Assembly: GCA_964057225.1 (NCBI GenBank) | Contig: OZ059900.1 | Coordinates: 23,684,001 to 23,748,000 of the forward strand | Reading direction: 5' to 3' | Source of the DNA: Auanema rhodensis | Lineage: Eukaryota; Animalia; Nematoda | DNA: 64,000 nucleotides | Shown: one piece after another, positions 40,101 through 54,800 of the stretch | Position numbering within the stretch: the stretch's first letter is position 1 | How the letters are laid out: every line of letters starts with the position of its first letter | Notes under the pieces: model-generated | Databases searched by the model: none | The model's input: the letters and a program-made list of their open reading frames with translations, nothing else | What the model was told of the DNA's origin: nothing | Position numbers and translations under genes: made by a program

Positions 40101-43100
40101 GTAACACGCTGAAATTCGTTGCATTTGACGACTCATATGAACAAAAATCGATTTAATCAATATTAGCCATAAGGGGCGTGCCCTCAGAATATGCTAATTT
40201 CCTTAATTTTCTAACCCCTGTTTTTTTGTCGTGAAAGTGGAACTAGACGTTGTACGAACAATTTTGAGCTAGGTTTCATTGACATTGCATGAGTTTGAAC
40301 ACATGAAATCGTAAGTCAAAACCTTGTTTACAGCGAAATTTCCAAAAACTGGTTTTCCAGCATAATAAAATATTTCTCATGGGAAATACTGTGTTTTTGT
40401 ATTTTTCTAGTGTTCAGCATGTAAAATGCTTCATTTTAGTATGTAACACGCTAAAATTCGTTGCATTTGACGACTCATATGAACAAAAATCGATTTAATC
40501 AATATTAGCCATAAGGGGCGTGCCCTCAGAATATGCTAATTTCCTTAATTTTCTAACCCCTGTTTTTTTGTCGTGAAAGTGGAACTAGACGTTGTACGAA
40601 CAATTTTGAGCTAGGTTTCATTGACATTGCATGAGTTTGAACATATGAAATCGTAAGTCAAAACCTTGTTTACAGCGAAATTTCCAAAAACTGGTTTTCC
40701 AGCATAATAAAATATTTCTTATGGGAAATACTGTGTTTTTGTATTTTTCTAGTGTTCAGCATGTAAAATGCTTCATTTTAGTATGTAACACGCTGAAATT
40801 CGTTGCATTTGACGACTCATATGAACAAAAATCGATTTAATCAATATTAGCCATAAGGGGCGTGCCCTCAGAATATGCTAATTTCCTTAATTTTCTAACC
40901 CCTGTTTTTTTGTCGTGAAAGTGGAATTAGACGTTGTAGGAACAATTTTGAGCTAGGTTTCATTGACATTGCATGAGCTTGAACACATGAAATCGTAAGT
41001 CAAAACCTTGTTTACAGCGAAATTTCCAAAAACTGGTTTTCCAGCATAATAAAATATTTCTCATGGGAAATACTGTGTTTTTGTATTTTTCTAGTGTTCA
41101 GCATGTAAAATACTTCATTTTAGTATGTAACACGCTGAAATTCGTTGCATTTGACGACTCATATGAACAAAAATCGATTTAATCAATATTAGCCATAAGG
41201 GGCGTGCCCTCAGAATATGCTAATTTCCTAAATTTTCTAACCCCTGTTTTTTTGTCGTGAAAGTGGAACTAGACGTTGTACGAACAATTTTGAGCTAGGT
41301 TTCATTGACATTGCATGAGTTTGAACACATGAAATCGTAAGTCAAAACCTTGTTTACAGCGAAATTTCCAAAAACTGGTTTTCCAGCATAATAAAATATT
41401 TCTCATGGGAAAAACTGTGTTTTTGTATTTTTCTAGTGTTCAGCTTGTAAAATGCTTCATTTTAGTATGTAACACGCTGAAATTTGTTGCATTTGACGAC
41501 TCATATGAACAAAAATCGATTTAATCAATATTAGCCATAAGGGGCGTGCCCTCAGAATATGCTAATTTCCTTAATTTTCTAACCCCTGTTTTTTTGTCGT
41601 GAAAGTGGAACTAGACGTTGTACGAACAATTTTGAGCTAGGTTTCATTGACATTGCATGAGTTTGAACACATGAAATCGTAAGTCAAAACCTTGTTTACA
41701 GCGAAATTTCCAAAAACTGGTTTTCCAGCATAATAAAATATTTCTCATGGGAAATACTGTGTTTTTGTATTTTTCTAGTGTTCAGCATGTAAAATACTTC
41801 ATTTTAGTATGTAACACGCTGAAATTCGTTGCATTTGACGACTCATATGAACAAAAATCGATTTAATCAATATTAGCCATAAGGGGCGTGCCCTCAGAAT
41901 ATGCTAATTTCCTAAATTTTCTAACCCCTGTTTTTTTGTCGTGAAAGTGGAACTAGACGTTGTACGAACAATTTTGAGCTAGGTTTCATTGACATTGCAT
42001 GAGTTTGAACACATGAAATCGTAAGTCAAAACCTTGTTTACAGCGAAATTTCCAAAAACTGGTTTTCCAGCATAATAAAATATTTCTCATGGGAAAAACT
42101 GTGTTTTTGTGATTTTCTAGTGTTCAGCTTGTAAAATGCTTCATTTTAGTATGTAACACGCTGAAATTTGTTGCATTTGACGACTCATATGAACAAAAAT
42201 CGATTTAATCAATATTAGCCATAAGGGGCGTGCCCTCAGAATATGCTAATTTCCTTAATTTTCTAACCCCTGTTTTTTTGTCGTGAAAGTGGAATTAGAC
42301 GTTGTAGGAACAATTTTGAGCTAGGTTTCATTGACATTGCATGAGTTTGAACACATGAAATCGTAAGTCAAAACCTTGTTTACAGCGAAATTTCCAAAAA
42401 CTGGTTTTCCAGCATAATAAAATATTTCTCATGGGAAATACTGTGTTTTTGTATTTTTCTAGTGTTCAGCATGTAAAATGCTTCATTTTAGTATGTAACA
42501 CGCTGAAATTCGTTGCATTTGACGACTCATATGAACAAAAATCGATTTAATCAATATTAGCCATAAGGGGCGTGCCCTCAGAATATGCTAATTTCCTTAA
42601 TTTTCTAACCCCTGTTTTTTTGTCGTGAAAGTGGAACTAGACGTTGTACGAACAATTTTGAGCTAGGTTTCATTGACATTGCATGAGTTTGAACACATGA
42701 AATCGTAAGTCAAAACCTTGTTTACAGCGAAATTACCAAAAACTGGTTTTCCAGCATAATAAAATATTTCTCATGGGAAATACTGTGTTTTTGTATTTTT
42801 CTAGTGTTCAGCATGTAAAATGCTTCATTTTAGTATGTAACACGCTGAAATTCGTTGCATTTGACGACTCATATGAACAAAAATCGATTTAATCAATATT
42901 AGCCATAACGGGCGTGCCCTCAGAATATGCTAATTTCCTTAATTTTCTAACCCTTGTTTTTTTTGTCGTGAAACTGGAACTAGACGTTGTACAAACAATT
43001 TTGAGCTAGGTTTCATTGACATTGCATGAGTTTGAACACATGAAATCGTAAGTCAAAACCTTGTTTACAGCGAAATTTCCAAAAACTGGTTTTCCAGCAT

Positions 43101-46079
43101 AATAAAATATTTCTCATGGGAAATACTGTGTTTTTGTATTTTTCTAGTGTTCAGCATGTAAAATGCTTCATTTTAGTATGTAACACGCTGAAATTCGTTG
43201 CATTTGACGACTCATATGAACAAAAATCGATTTAATCAATATTAGCCATAAGGGGCGTGCCCTCAGAATATGCTAATTTCCTTAATTTTCTAACCCCTGT
43301 TTTTTTGTCGTGAAAGTGGAACTAGACGTTGTACGAACAATTTTGAGCTAGGTTTCATTGACATTGCATGAGTTTGAACACATGAAATCGTAAGTCAAAA
43401 CCTTGTTTACAGCGAAATTTCCAAAAACTGGTTTTCCAGCATAATAAAATATTTCTCATGGGAAATACTGTGTTTTTGTATTTTTCTAGTGTTCAGCATG
43501 TAAAATTCTTCATTTTAGTATGTAACACGCTAAAATTCGTTGCATTTGACGACTCATATGAACAAAAATCGATTTAATCAATATTAGCCATAAGGGGCGT
43601 GCCCTCAGAATATGCTAATTTCCTTAATTTTCTAACCCCTGTTTTTTTGTCGTGAAAGTGGAACTAGACGTTGTACGAACAATTTTGAGCTAGGTTTCAT
43701 TGACATTGCATGAGTTTGAACACATGAAATCGTAAGTCAAAACCTTGTTTACAGCGAAATTTCCAAAAACTGGTTTTCCAGCATAATAAAATATTTCTCA
43801 TGGGAAATACTGCGTTTTTGTATTTTTCTAGTGTTCAGCATGTAAAATGCTTCATTTTAGTATGTAACACGCTAAAATTCGTTGCATTTGACGACTCATA
43901 TGAACAAAAATCGATTTAATCAATATTAGTCATAAGGGGCGTGCCCTCAGAATATGCTAATTTCCTTAATTTTCTAACCCCTGTTTTTTTGTCGTGAAAG
44001 TGGAACTAGACGTCGTACGAACAATTTTGAGCTAGGTTTCATTGACATTGCATGAGTTTGAACACATGAAATCGTAAGTCAAAACCTTGTTTACAGCGAA
44101 ATTTCCAAAAACTGGTTTTCCAGCATAATAAAATATTTCTCATGGGAAATACTGTGTTTTTGTATTTTTCTAGTGTTCAGCATGTAAAATGCTTCATTTT
44201 AGTATGTAACACGCTGAAATTCGTTGCATTTGACGACTCATATGAACAAAAATCGATTTAATCAATATTAGCCATAAGGGGCGTGCCCTCAGAATATGCT
44301 AATTTCCTTAATTTTCTAACCCCTGTTTTTTTGTCGTGAAAGTGGAACTAGACGTTATACAAACAATTTTGAGCTAGGTTTCATTGACATTGCATGAGTT
44401 TGAACACATGAAATCGTAAGTCAAAACCTTGTTTACAGCGAAATTTCCAAAAACTGGTTTTCCAGCATAATAAAATATTTCTCATGGGAAATACTGTGTT
44501 TTTGTATTTTTCTAGTGTTCAGCATGTAAAATGCTTCATTTTAGTATGTAACACGCTGAAATTCGTTGCATTTGACGACTCATATGAACAAAAATCGATT
44601 TAATCAATATTAGCCATAAGGGGCGTGCCCTCAGAATATGCTAATTTCCTTAATTTTCTAACCCCTGTTTTTTGTCGTGAAAGTGGAACTAGACGTTGTA
44701 GGAACAATTTTGAGCTAGGTTTCATTGACATTGCATGAGTTTGAACACATGAAATCGTAAGTCAAAACCTTGTTTACAGCGAAATTTCCAAAAACTGGTT
44801 TTCCAGCATAATAAAATATTTCTCATGGGAAATACTGTGTTTTTGTATTTTTCTAGTGTTCAGCATGTAAAATACTTCATTTTAGTATGTAACACGCTGA
44901 AATTCGTTGCATTTGACGACTCATATGAACAAAAATCGATTTAATCAATATAAGCCATAAGGGGCGTGCCCTCAGAATATGCTAATTTCCTTAATTTTCT
45001 AACCCCTGTTTTTTGTCGTGAAAGTGGAACTAGACGTTGTAGGAACAATTTTGAGCTAGGTTTCATTGACATTGCATGAGTTTGAACACATGAAATCGTA
45101 AGTCAAAACCTTGTTTACCGCGAAATTTCCAAAAACTGGTTTTCCAGCATAATAAAATATTTCTCATGGGAAATACTGTGTTTTTGTATTTTTCTAGTGT
45201 TCAGCATGTAAAATACTTCATTTTAGTATGTAACACGCTGAAATTCGTTGCATTTGACGACTCATATGAACAAAAATCGATTTAATCAATATTAGCCATA
45301 AGGGGCGTGCCCTCAGAATATGCTAATTTCCTTAATTTTCTAACCCCTGTTTTTTTGTCGTGAAAGTGGAATTAGACGTTGTAGGAACAATTTTGAGCTA
45401 GGTTTCATTGACATTGCATGAGTTTGAACACATGAAATCGTAAGTCAAAACCTTGTTTACAGCGAAATTTCCAAAAACTGGTTTTCCAGCATAATAAAAT
45501 ATTTCTCATGGGAAATACTGTGTTTTTGTATTTTTCTAGTGTTCAGCATGTAAAATACTTTATTTTAGTATGTAACACGCTGAAATTCGTTGCATTTGAC
45601 GACTCATATGAACAAAAATCGATTTAATCAATATTAGCCATAAGGGGCGTGCCCTCAGAATATGCTAATTTCCTAAATTTTCTAACCCCTGTTTTTTTGT
45701 CGTGAAAGTGGAACTAGACGTTGTACGAACAATTTTGAGCTAGGTTTCATTGACATTGCATGAGTTTGAACACATGAAATCGTAAGTCAAAACCTTGTTT
45801 ACAGCGAAATTTCCAAAAACTGGTTTTCCAGCATAATAAAATATTTCTCATGGGAAAAACTGTGTTTTTGTATTTTTCTAGTGTTCAGCTTGTAAAATGC
45901 TTCATTTTAGTATGTAACACGCTGAAATTTGTTGCATTTGACGACTCATATGAACAAAAATCGATTTAATCAATATTAGCCATAAGGGGCGTGCCCTCAG
46001 AATATGCTAATTTCCTTAATTTTCTAACCCCTGTTTTTTTGTCGTGAAAGTGGAACTAGACGTTGTACGAACAATTTTG

Positions 46080-48815
46080 AGCTAGGTTTCATTGACATTG
46101 CATGAGTTTGAACATATGAAATCGTAAGTCAAAACCTTGTTTACAGCGAAATTTCCAAAAACTGGTTTTCCAGCATAATAAAATATTTCTTATGGGAAAT
46201 ACAGTGTTTTTGTATTTTTCTAGTGTTCAGCATGTAAAATACTTCATTTTAGTATGTAACACGCTGAAATTTGTTGCATTTGACGACTCATATGAACAAA
46301 AATCGATTTAATCAATATTAGCCATAAGGGGCGTGCCCTCAGAATATGCTAATTTCCTAAATTTTCTAACCCCTGTTTTTTTGTCGTGAAAGTGGAACTA
46401 GACGTTGTACGAACAGTTTTGAGCTAGGTTTCATTGACATTGCATGAGTTTGAACACATGAAATCGTAAGTCAAAACCTTGTTTACAGCGAAATTTCCAA
46501 AAACTGGTTTTCCAGCATAATAAAATATTTCTTATGGGAAATACTGTGTTTTTGTATTTTTCTAGTGTTCAGCATGTAAAATGCTTCATTTTAGTATGTA
46601 ACACGCTGAAATTCGTTGCATTTGACGACTCATATGAACAAAAATCGATTTAATCAATATTAGCCATAAGGGGCGTGCCCTCAGAATATGCTAATTTCCT
46701 TAATTTTCTAACCCCTGTTTTTTTGTCGTGAAAGTGGAATTAGACGTTGTAGGAACAATTTTGAGCTAGGTTTCATTGACATTGCATGAGTTTGAACACA
46801 TGAAATCGTAAGTCAAAACCTTGTTTACAGCGAAATTTCCAAAAACTGGTTTTCCAGCATAATAAAATATTTCTCATGGGAAATACTGTGTTTTTGTATT
46901 TTTCTAGTGTTCAGCATGTAAAATACTTCATTTTAGTATGTAACACGCTGAAATTCGTTGCATTTGACGACTCATATGAACAAAAATCGATTTAATCAAT
47001 ATTAGCCATAAGGGGCGTGCCCTCAGAATATGCTAATTTCCTAAATTTTCTAACCCCTGTTTTTTTGTCGTGAAAGTGGAACTAGACGTTGTACGAACAA
47101 TTTTGAGCTAGGTTTCATTGACATTGCATGAGTTTGAACATATGAAATCGTAAGTCAAAACCTTGTTTACAGCGAAATTTCCAAAAACTGGTTTTCCAGC
47201 ATAATAAAATATTTCTTATGGGAAATACAGTGTTTTTGTATTTTTCTAGTGTTCAGCATGTAAAATACTTCATTTTAGTATGTAACACGCTGAAATTTGT
47301 TGCATTTGACGACTCATATGAACAAAAATCGATTTAATCAATATTAGCCATAAGGGGCGTGCCCTCAGAATATGCTAATTTCCTAAATTTTCTAACCCCT
47401 GTTTTTTTGTCGTGAAAGTGGAACTAGACGTTGTACGAACAGTTTTGAGCTAGGTTTCATTGACATTGCATGAGTTTGAACACATGAAATCGTAAGTCAA
47501 AACCTTGTTTACAGCGAAATTTCCAAAAACTGGTTTTCCAGCATAATAAAATATTTCTTATGGGAAATACTGTGTTTTTGTATTTTTCTAGTGTTCAGCA
47601 TGTAAAATGCTTCATTTTAGTATGTAACACGCTGAAATTCGTTGCATTTGACGACTCATATGAACAAAAATCGATTTAATCAATATTAGCCATAAGGGGC
47701 GTGCCCTCAGAATATGCTAATTTCCTTAATTTTCTAACCCCTGTTTTTTTGTCGTGAAAGTGGAATTAGACGTTGTAGGAACAATTTTGAGCTAGGTTTC
47801 ATTGACATTGCATGAGTTTGAACACATGAAATCGTAAGTCAAAACCTTGTTTACAGCGAAATTTCCAAAAACTGGTTTTCCAGCATAATAAAATATTTCT
47901 CATGGGAAATACTGTGTTTTTGTATTTTTCTAGTGTTCAGCATGTAAAATACTTCATTTTAGTATGTAACACGCTGAAATTCGTTGCATTTGACGACTCA
48001 TATGAACAAAAATCGATTTAATCAATATTAGCCATAAGGGGCGTGCCCTCAGAATATGCTAATTTCCTTAATTTTTTAACCCCTGTTTTTTTGTCGTGAA
48101 AGTGGAACTAGACGTTGTACGAACAATTTTGAGCTAGGTTTCATTGACATTGCATGAGTTTGAACATATGAAATCGTAAGTCAAAACCTTGTTTACAGCG
48201 AAATTTCCAAAAACTGGTTTTCCAGCATAATAAAATATTTCTTATGGGAAATACAGTGTTTTTGTATTTTTCTAGTGTTCAGCATGTAAAATACTTCATT
48301 TTAGTATGTAACACGCTGAAATTTGTTGCATTTGACGACTCATATGAACAAAAATCGATTTAATCAATATTAGCCATAAGGGGCGTGCCCTCAGAATATG
48401 CTAATTTCCTAAATTTTCTAACCCCTGTTTTTTTGTCGTGAAAGTGGAACTAGACGTTGTACGAACAGTTTTGAGCTAGGTTTCATTGACATTGCATGAG
48501 TTTGAACACATGAAATCGTAAGTCAAAACCTTGTTTACAGCGAAATTTCCAAAAACTGGTTTTCCAGCATAATAAAATATTTCTTATGGGAAATACTGTG
48601 TTTTTGTATTTTTCTAGTGTTCAGCATGTAAAATGCTTCATTTTAGTATGTAACACGCTGAAATTCGTTGCATTTGACGACTCATATGAACAAAAATCGA
48701 TTTAATCAATATTAGCCATAAGGGGCGTGCCCTCAGAATATGCTAATTTCCTTAATTTTCTAACCCCTGTTTTTTTGTCGTGAAAGTGGAATTAGACGTT
48801 GTAGGAACAATTTTG
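46080..48815 (+). repeat. Satellite B 3-monomer HOR (1026 bp, ~3 copies)
   Basis: AACATATG with ATACAGTG at 46111, 47137, 48163. Confidence 0.88.
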
Positions 48816-51800
48816 AGCTAGGTTTCATTGACATTGCATGAGTTTGAACACATGAAATCGTAAGTCAAAACCTTGTTTACAGCGAAATTTCCAAAAACTG
48901 GTTTTCTAGCATAATAAAATATTTCTCATGGGAAAAACTGTGTTTTTGTATTTTTCTAGTGTTCAGCTTGTAAAATGCTTCATTTTAGTATGTAACACGC
49001 TGAAATTTGTTGCATTTGACGACTCATATGAACAAAAATCGATTTAATCAATATTAGCCATAAGGGGCGTGCCCTCAGAATATGCTAATTTCCTTAATTT
49101 TCTAACCCCTGTTTTTTTGTCGTGAAAGTGGAACTAGACGTTGTACGAACAATTTTGAGCTAGGTTTCATTGACATTGCATGAGTTTGAACACATGAAAT
49201 CGTAAGTCAAAACCTTGTTTACAGCGAAATTTCCAAAAACTGGTTTTCCAGCATAATAAAGTATTTCTCATGGGAAATACTGTGTTTTTGTATTTTTCTA
49301 GTGTTCAGCATGTAAAATACTTCATTTTAGTATGTAACACGCTGAAATTCGTTGCATTTGACGACTCATATGAACAAAAATCGATTTAATCAATATTAGC
49401 CATAAGGGGCGTGCCCTCAGAATATGCTAATTTCCTAAATTTTCTAACCCCTGTTTTTTTGTCGTGAAAGTGGAACTAGACGTTGTACGAACAATTTTGA
49501 GCTAGGTTTCATTGACATTGCATGAGTTTGAACACATGAAATCGTAAGTCAAAACCTTGTTTACAGCGAAATTTCCAAAAACTGGTTTTCCAGCATAATA
49601 AAATATTTCTCATGGGAAAAACTGTGTTTTTGTATTTTTCTAGTGTTCAGCTTGTAAAATGCTTTATTTTAGTATGTAACACGCTGAAATTTGTTGCATT
49701 TGACGACTCATATGAACAAAAATCGATTTAATCAATATTAGCCATAAGGGGCGTGCCCTCAGAATATGCTAATTTCCTTAATTTTCTAACCCCTGTTTTT
49801 TTGTCGTGAAAGTGGAACTAGACGTTGTACGAACAATTTTGAGCTAGGTTTCATTGACATTGCATGAGTTTGAACATATGAAATCGTAAGTCAAAACCTT
49901 GTTTACAGCGAAATTTCCAAAAACTGGTTTTCCAGCATAATAAAATATTTCTTATGGGAAATACTGTGTTTTTGTATTTTTCTAGTGTTCAGCATGTAAA
50001 ATACTTCATTTTAGTATGTAACACGCTGAAATTCGTTGCATTTGACGACTCATATGAACAAAAATCGATTTAATCAATATTAGCCATAAGGGGCGTGCCC
50101 TCAGAATATGCTAATTTCCTAAATTTTCTAACCCCTGTTTTTTTGTCGTGAAAGTGGAACTAGACGTTGTACGAACAGTTTTGAGCTAGGTTTCATTGAC
50201 ATTGCATGAGTTTGAACACATGAAATCGTAAGTCAAAACCTTGTTTACAGCGAAATTTCCAAAAACTGGTTTTCCAGCATAATAAAATATTTCTTATGGG
50301 AAATACTGTGTTTTTGTATTTTTCTAGTGTTCAGCATGTAAAATGCTTCATTTTAGTATGTAACACGCTGAAATTCGTTGCATTTGACGACTCATATGAA
50401 CAAAAATCGATTTAATCAATATTAGCCATAAGGGGCGTGCCCTCAGAATATGCTAATTTCCTTAATTTTCTAACCCCTGTTTTTTTGTCGTAAAAGTGGA
50501 ACTAGACGTTGTACAAACAATTTTGAGCTAGGTTTCATTGACATTGCATGAGTTTGAACACATGAAATCGTAAGTCAAAACCTTGTTTACAGCGAAATTT
50601 CCAAAAACTGGTTTTCCAGCATAATAAAATATTTCTTATGGGAAATACTGTGTTTTTGTATTTTTCTAGTGTTCAGCATGTAAAATACTTCATTTTAGTA
50701 TGTAACACGCTGAAATTCGTTGCATTTGACGACTCATATGAACAAAAATCGATTTAATCAATATTAGCCATAAGGGGCGTGCCCTCAGAATATGCTAATT
50801 TCCTAAATTTTCTAACCCCTGTTTTTTTGTCGTGAAAGTGGAACTAGACGTTGTACGAACAGTTTTGAGCCAGGTTTCATTGACATTGCATGAGTTTGAA
50901 CACATGAAATCGTAAGTCAAAACCTTGTTTACAGCGAAATTTCCAAAAACTGGTTTTCCAGCATAATAAAATATTTCTCATGGGAAATACTGTGTTTTTG
51001 TATTTTTCTAGTGTTCAGCATGTAAAATGCTTCATTTTAGTATGTAACACGCTGAAATTCGTTGCATTTGACGACTCATATGAACAAAAATCGATTTAAT
51101 CAATATTAGCCATAAGGGTCGTGCTCTCAGAATATGCTAATTTCCTTAATTTTCTAACCCCTGTTTTTTTGTCGTGAAAGTGGAACTAGACGTTGTAGGA
51201 ACAGTTTTGAGCTAGGTTTCATTGACATTGCATGAGTTTGAACACATGAAATCGTAAGTCAAAACCTTGTTTACAGCGAAATTTCCAAAAAGTGGTTTTC
51301 CAGCATAATAAAATATTTCTCATGGGAAATACTGTGTTTTTGTATTTTTCTAGTGTTCAGCATGTAAAATGCTTCATTTTAGTATGTAACAGGCTGAAAT
51401 TCGTTGCATTTGACGACTCATATGAACAAAAATCGATTTAATCAATATTAGCCATAAGGGGCGTGCCCTCAGAATATGCTAATTTCCTTAATTTTCTAAC
51501 CCCTGTTTTTTGTCGTGAAAGTGGAACTAGACGTTGTAGGAACAATTTTGAGCTAGGTTTCATTGACATTGCATGAGTTTGAACACATGAAATCGTAAGT
51601 CAAAACCTTGTTTACAGCGAAATTTCCAAAAACTGGTTTTCCAGCATAATAAAATATTTCTCATGGGAAATACTGTGTTTTTGTATTTTTCTAGTGTTCA
51701 GCATGTAAAATACTTCATTTTAGTATGTAACACGCTGAAATTCGTTGCATTTGACGACTCATATGAACAAAAATCGATTTAATCAATATTAGCCATAAGG

Positions 51801-54800
51801 GGCGTGCCCTCAGAATATGCTAATTTCCTTAATTTTTTAACCCCTGTTTTTTTGTCGTGAAAGTGGAACTAGACGTTGTACGAACAATTTTGAGCTAGGT
51901 TTCATTGACATTGCATGAGTTTGAACATATGAAATCGTAAGTCAAAACCTTGTTTACAGCGAAATTTCCAAAAACTGGTTTTCCAGCATAATAAAATATT
52001 TCTTATGGGAAATACAGTGTTTTTGTATTTTTCTAGTGTTCAGCATGTAAAATACTTCATTTTAGTATGTAACACGCTGAAATTTGTTGCATTTGACGAC
52101 TCATATGAACAAAAATCGATTTAATCAATATTAGCCATAAGGGGCGTGCCCTCAGAATATGCTAATTTCCTAAATTTTCTAACCCCTGTTTTTTTGTCGT
52201 GAAAGTGGAACTAGACGTTGTACGAACAGTTTTGAGCTAGGTTTCATTGACATTGCATGAGTTTGAACACATGAAATCGTAAGTCAAAACCTTGTTTACA
52301 GCGAAATTTCCAAAAACTGGTTTTCCAGCATAATAAAATATTTCTTATGGGAAATACTGTGTTTTTGTATTTTTCTAGTGTTCAGCATGTAAAATGCTTC
52401 ATTTTAGTATGTAACACGCTGAAATTCGTTGCATTTGACGACTCATATGAACAAAAATCGATTTAATCAATATTAGCCATAAGGGGCGTGCCCTCAGAAT
52501 ATGCTAATTTCCTTAATTTTCTAACCCCTGTTTTTTTGTCGTGAAAGTGGAATTAGACGTTGTAGGAACAATTTTGAGCTAGGTTTCATTGACATTGCAT
52601 GAGTTTGAACACATGAAATCGTAAGTCAAAACCTTGTTTACAGCGAAATTTCCAAAAACTGGTTTTCCAGCATAATAAAATATTTCTCATGGGAAAAACT
52701 GTGTTTTTGTATTTTTCTAGTGTTCAGCTTGTAAAATGCTTCATTTTAGTATGTAACACGCTGAAATTTGTTGCATTTGACGACTCATATGAACAAAAAT
52801 CGATTTAATCAATATTAGCCATAAGGGGCGTGCCCTCAGAATATGCTAATTTCCTTAATTTTCTAACCCCTGTTTTTTTGTCGTGAAAGTGGAACTAGAC
52901 GTTGTACGAACAATTTTGAGCTAGGTTTCATTGACATTGCATGAGTTTGAACACATGAAATCGTAAGTCAAAACCTTGTTTACAGCGAAATTTCCAAAAA
53001 CTGGTTTTCCAGCATAATAAAGTATTTCTCATGGGAAATACTGTGTTTTTGTATTTTTCTAGTGTTCAGCATGTAAAATACTTCATTTTAGTATGTAACA
53101 CGCTGAAATTCGTTGCATTTGACGACTCATATGAACAAAAATCGATTTAATCAATATTAGCCATAAGGGGCGTGCCCTCAGAATATGCTAATTTCCTAAA
53201 TTTTCTAACCCCTGTTTTTTTGTCGTGAAAGTGGAACTAGACGTTGTACGAACAATTTTGAGCTAGGTTTCATTGACATTGCATGAGTTTGAACACATGA
53301 AATCGTAAGTCAAAACCTTGTTTACAGCGAAATTTCCAAAAACTGGTTTTCCAGCATAATAAAATATTTCTCATGGGAAAAACTGTGTTTTTGTATTTTT
53401 CTAGTGTTCAGCTTGTAAAATGCTTTATTTTAGTATGTAACACGCTGAAATTTGTTGCATTTGACGACTCATATGAACAAAAATCGATTTAATCAATATT
53501 AGCCATAAGGGGCGTGCCCTCAGAATATGCTAATTTCCTTAATTTTCTAACCCCTGTTTTTTTGTCGTGAAAGTGGAACTAGACGTTGTACGAACAATTT
53601 TGAGCTAGGTTTCATTGACATTGCATGAGTTTGAACATATGAAATCGTAAGTCAAAACCTTGTTTACAGCGAAATTTCCAAAAACTGGTTTTCCAGCATA
53701 ATAAAATATTTCTTATGGGAAATACTGTGTTTTTGTATTTTTCTAGTGTTCAGCATGTAAAATACTTCATTTTAGTATGTAACACGCTGAAATTCGTTGC
53801 ATTTGACGACTCATATGAACAAAAATCGATTTAATCAATATTAGCCATAAGGGGCGTGCCCTCAGAATATGCTAATTTCCTAAATTTTCTAACCCCTGTT
53901 TTTTTGTCGTGAAAGTGGAACTAGACGTTGTACGAACAGTTTTGAGCTAGGTTTCATTGACATTGCATGAGTTTGAACACATGAAATCGTAAGTCAAAAC
54001 CTTGTTTACAGCGAAATTTCCAAAAACTGGTTTTCCAGCATAATAAAATATTTCTTATGGGAAATACTGTGTTTTTGTATTTTTCTAGTGTTCAGCATGT
54101 AAAATGCTTCATTTTAGTATGTAACACGCTGAAATTCGTTGCATTTGACGACTCATATGAACAAAAATCGATTTAATCAATATTAGCCATAAGGGGCGTG
54201 CCCTCAGAATATGCTAATTTCCTTAATTTTCTAACCCCTGTTTTTTTGTCGTAAAAGTGGAACTAGACGTTGTACAAACAATTTTGAGCTAGGTTTCATT
54301 GACATTGCATGAGTTTGAACACATGAAATCGTAAGTCAAAACCTTGTTTACAGCGAAATTTCCAAAAACTGGTTTTCCAGCATAATAAAATATTTCTTAT
54401 GGGAAATACTGTGTTTTTGTATTTTTCTAGTGTTCAGCATGTAAAATACTTCATTTTAGTATGTAACACGCTGAAATTCGTTGCATTTGACGACTCATAT
54501 GAACAAAAATCGATTTAATCAATATTAGCCATAAGGGGCGTGCCCTCAGAATATGCTAATTTCCTAAATTTTCTAACCCCTGTTTTTTTGTCGTGAAAGT
54601 GGAACTAGACGTTGTACGAACAGTTTTGAGCCAGGTTTCATTGACATTGCATGAGTTTGAACACATGAAATCGTAAGTCAAAACCTTGTTTACAGCGAAA
54701 TTTCCAAAAACTGGTTTTCCAGCATAATAAAATATTTCTCATGGGAAATACTGTGTTTTTGTATTTTTCTAGTGTTCAGCATGTAAAATGCTTCATTTTA

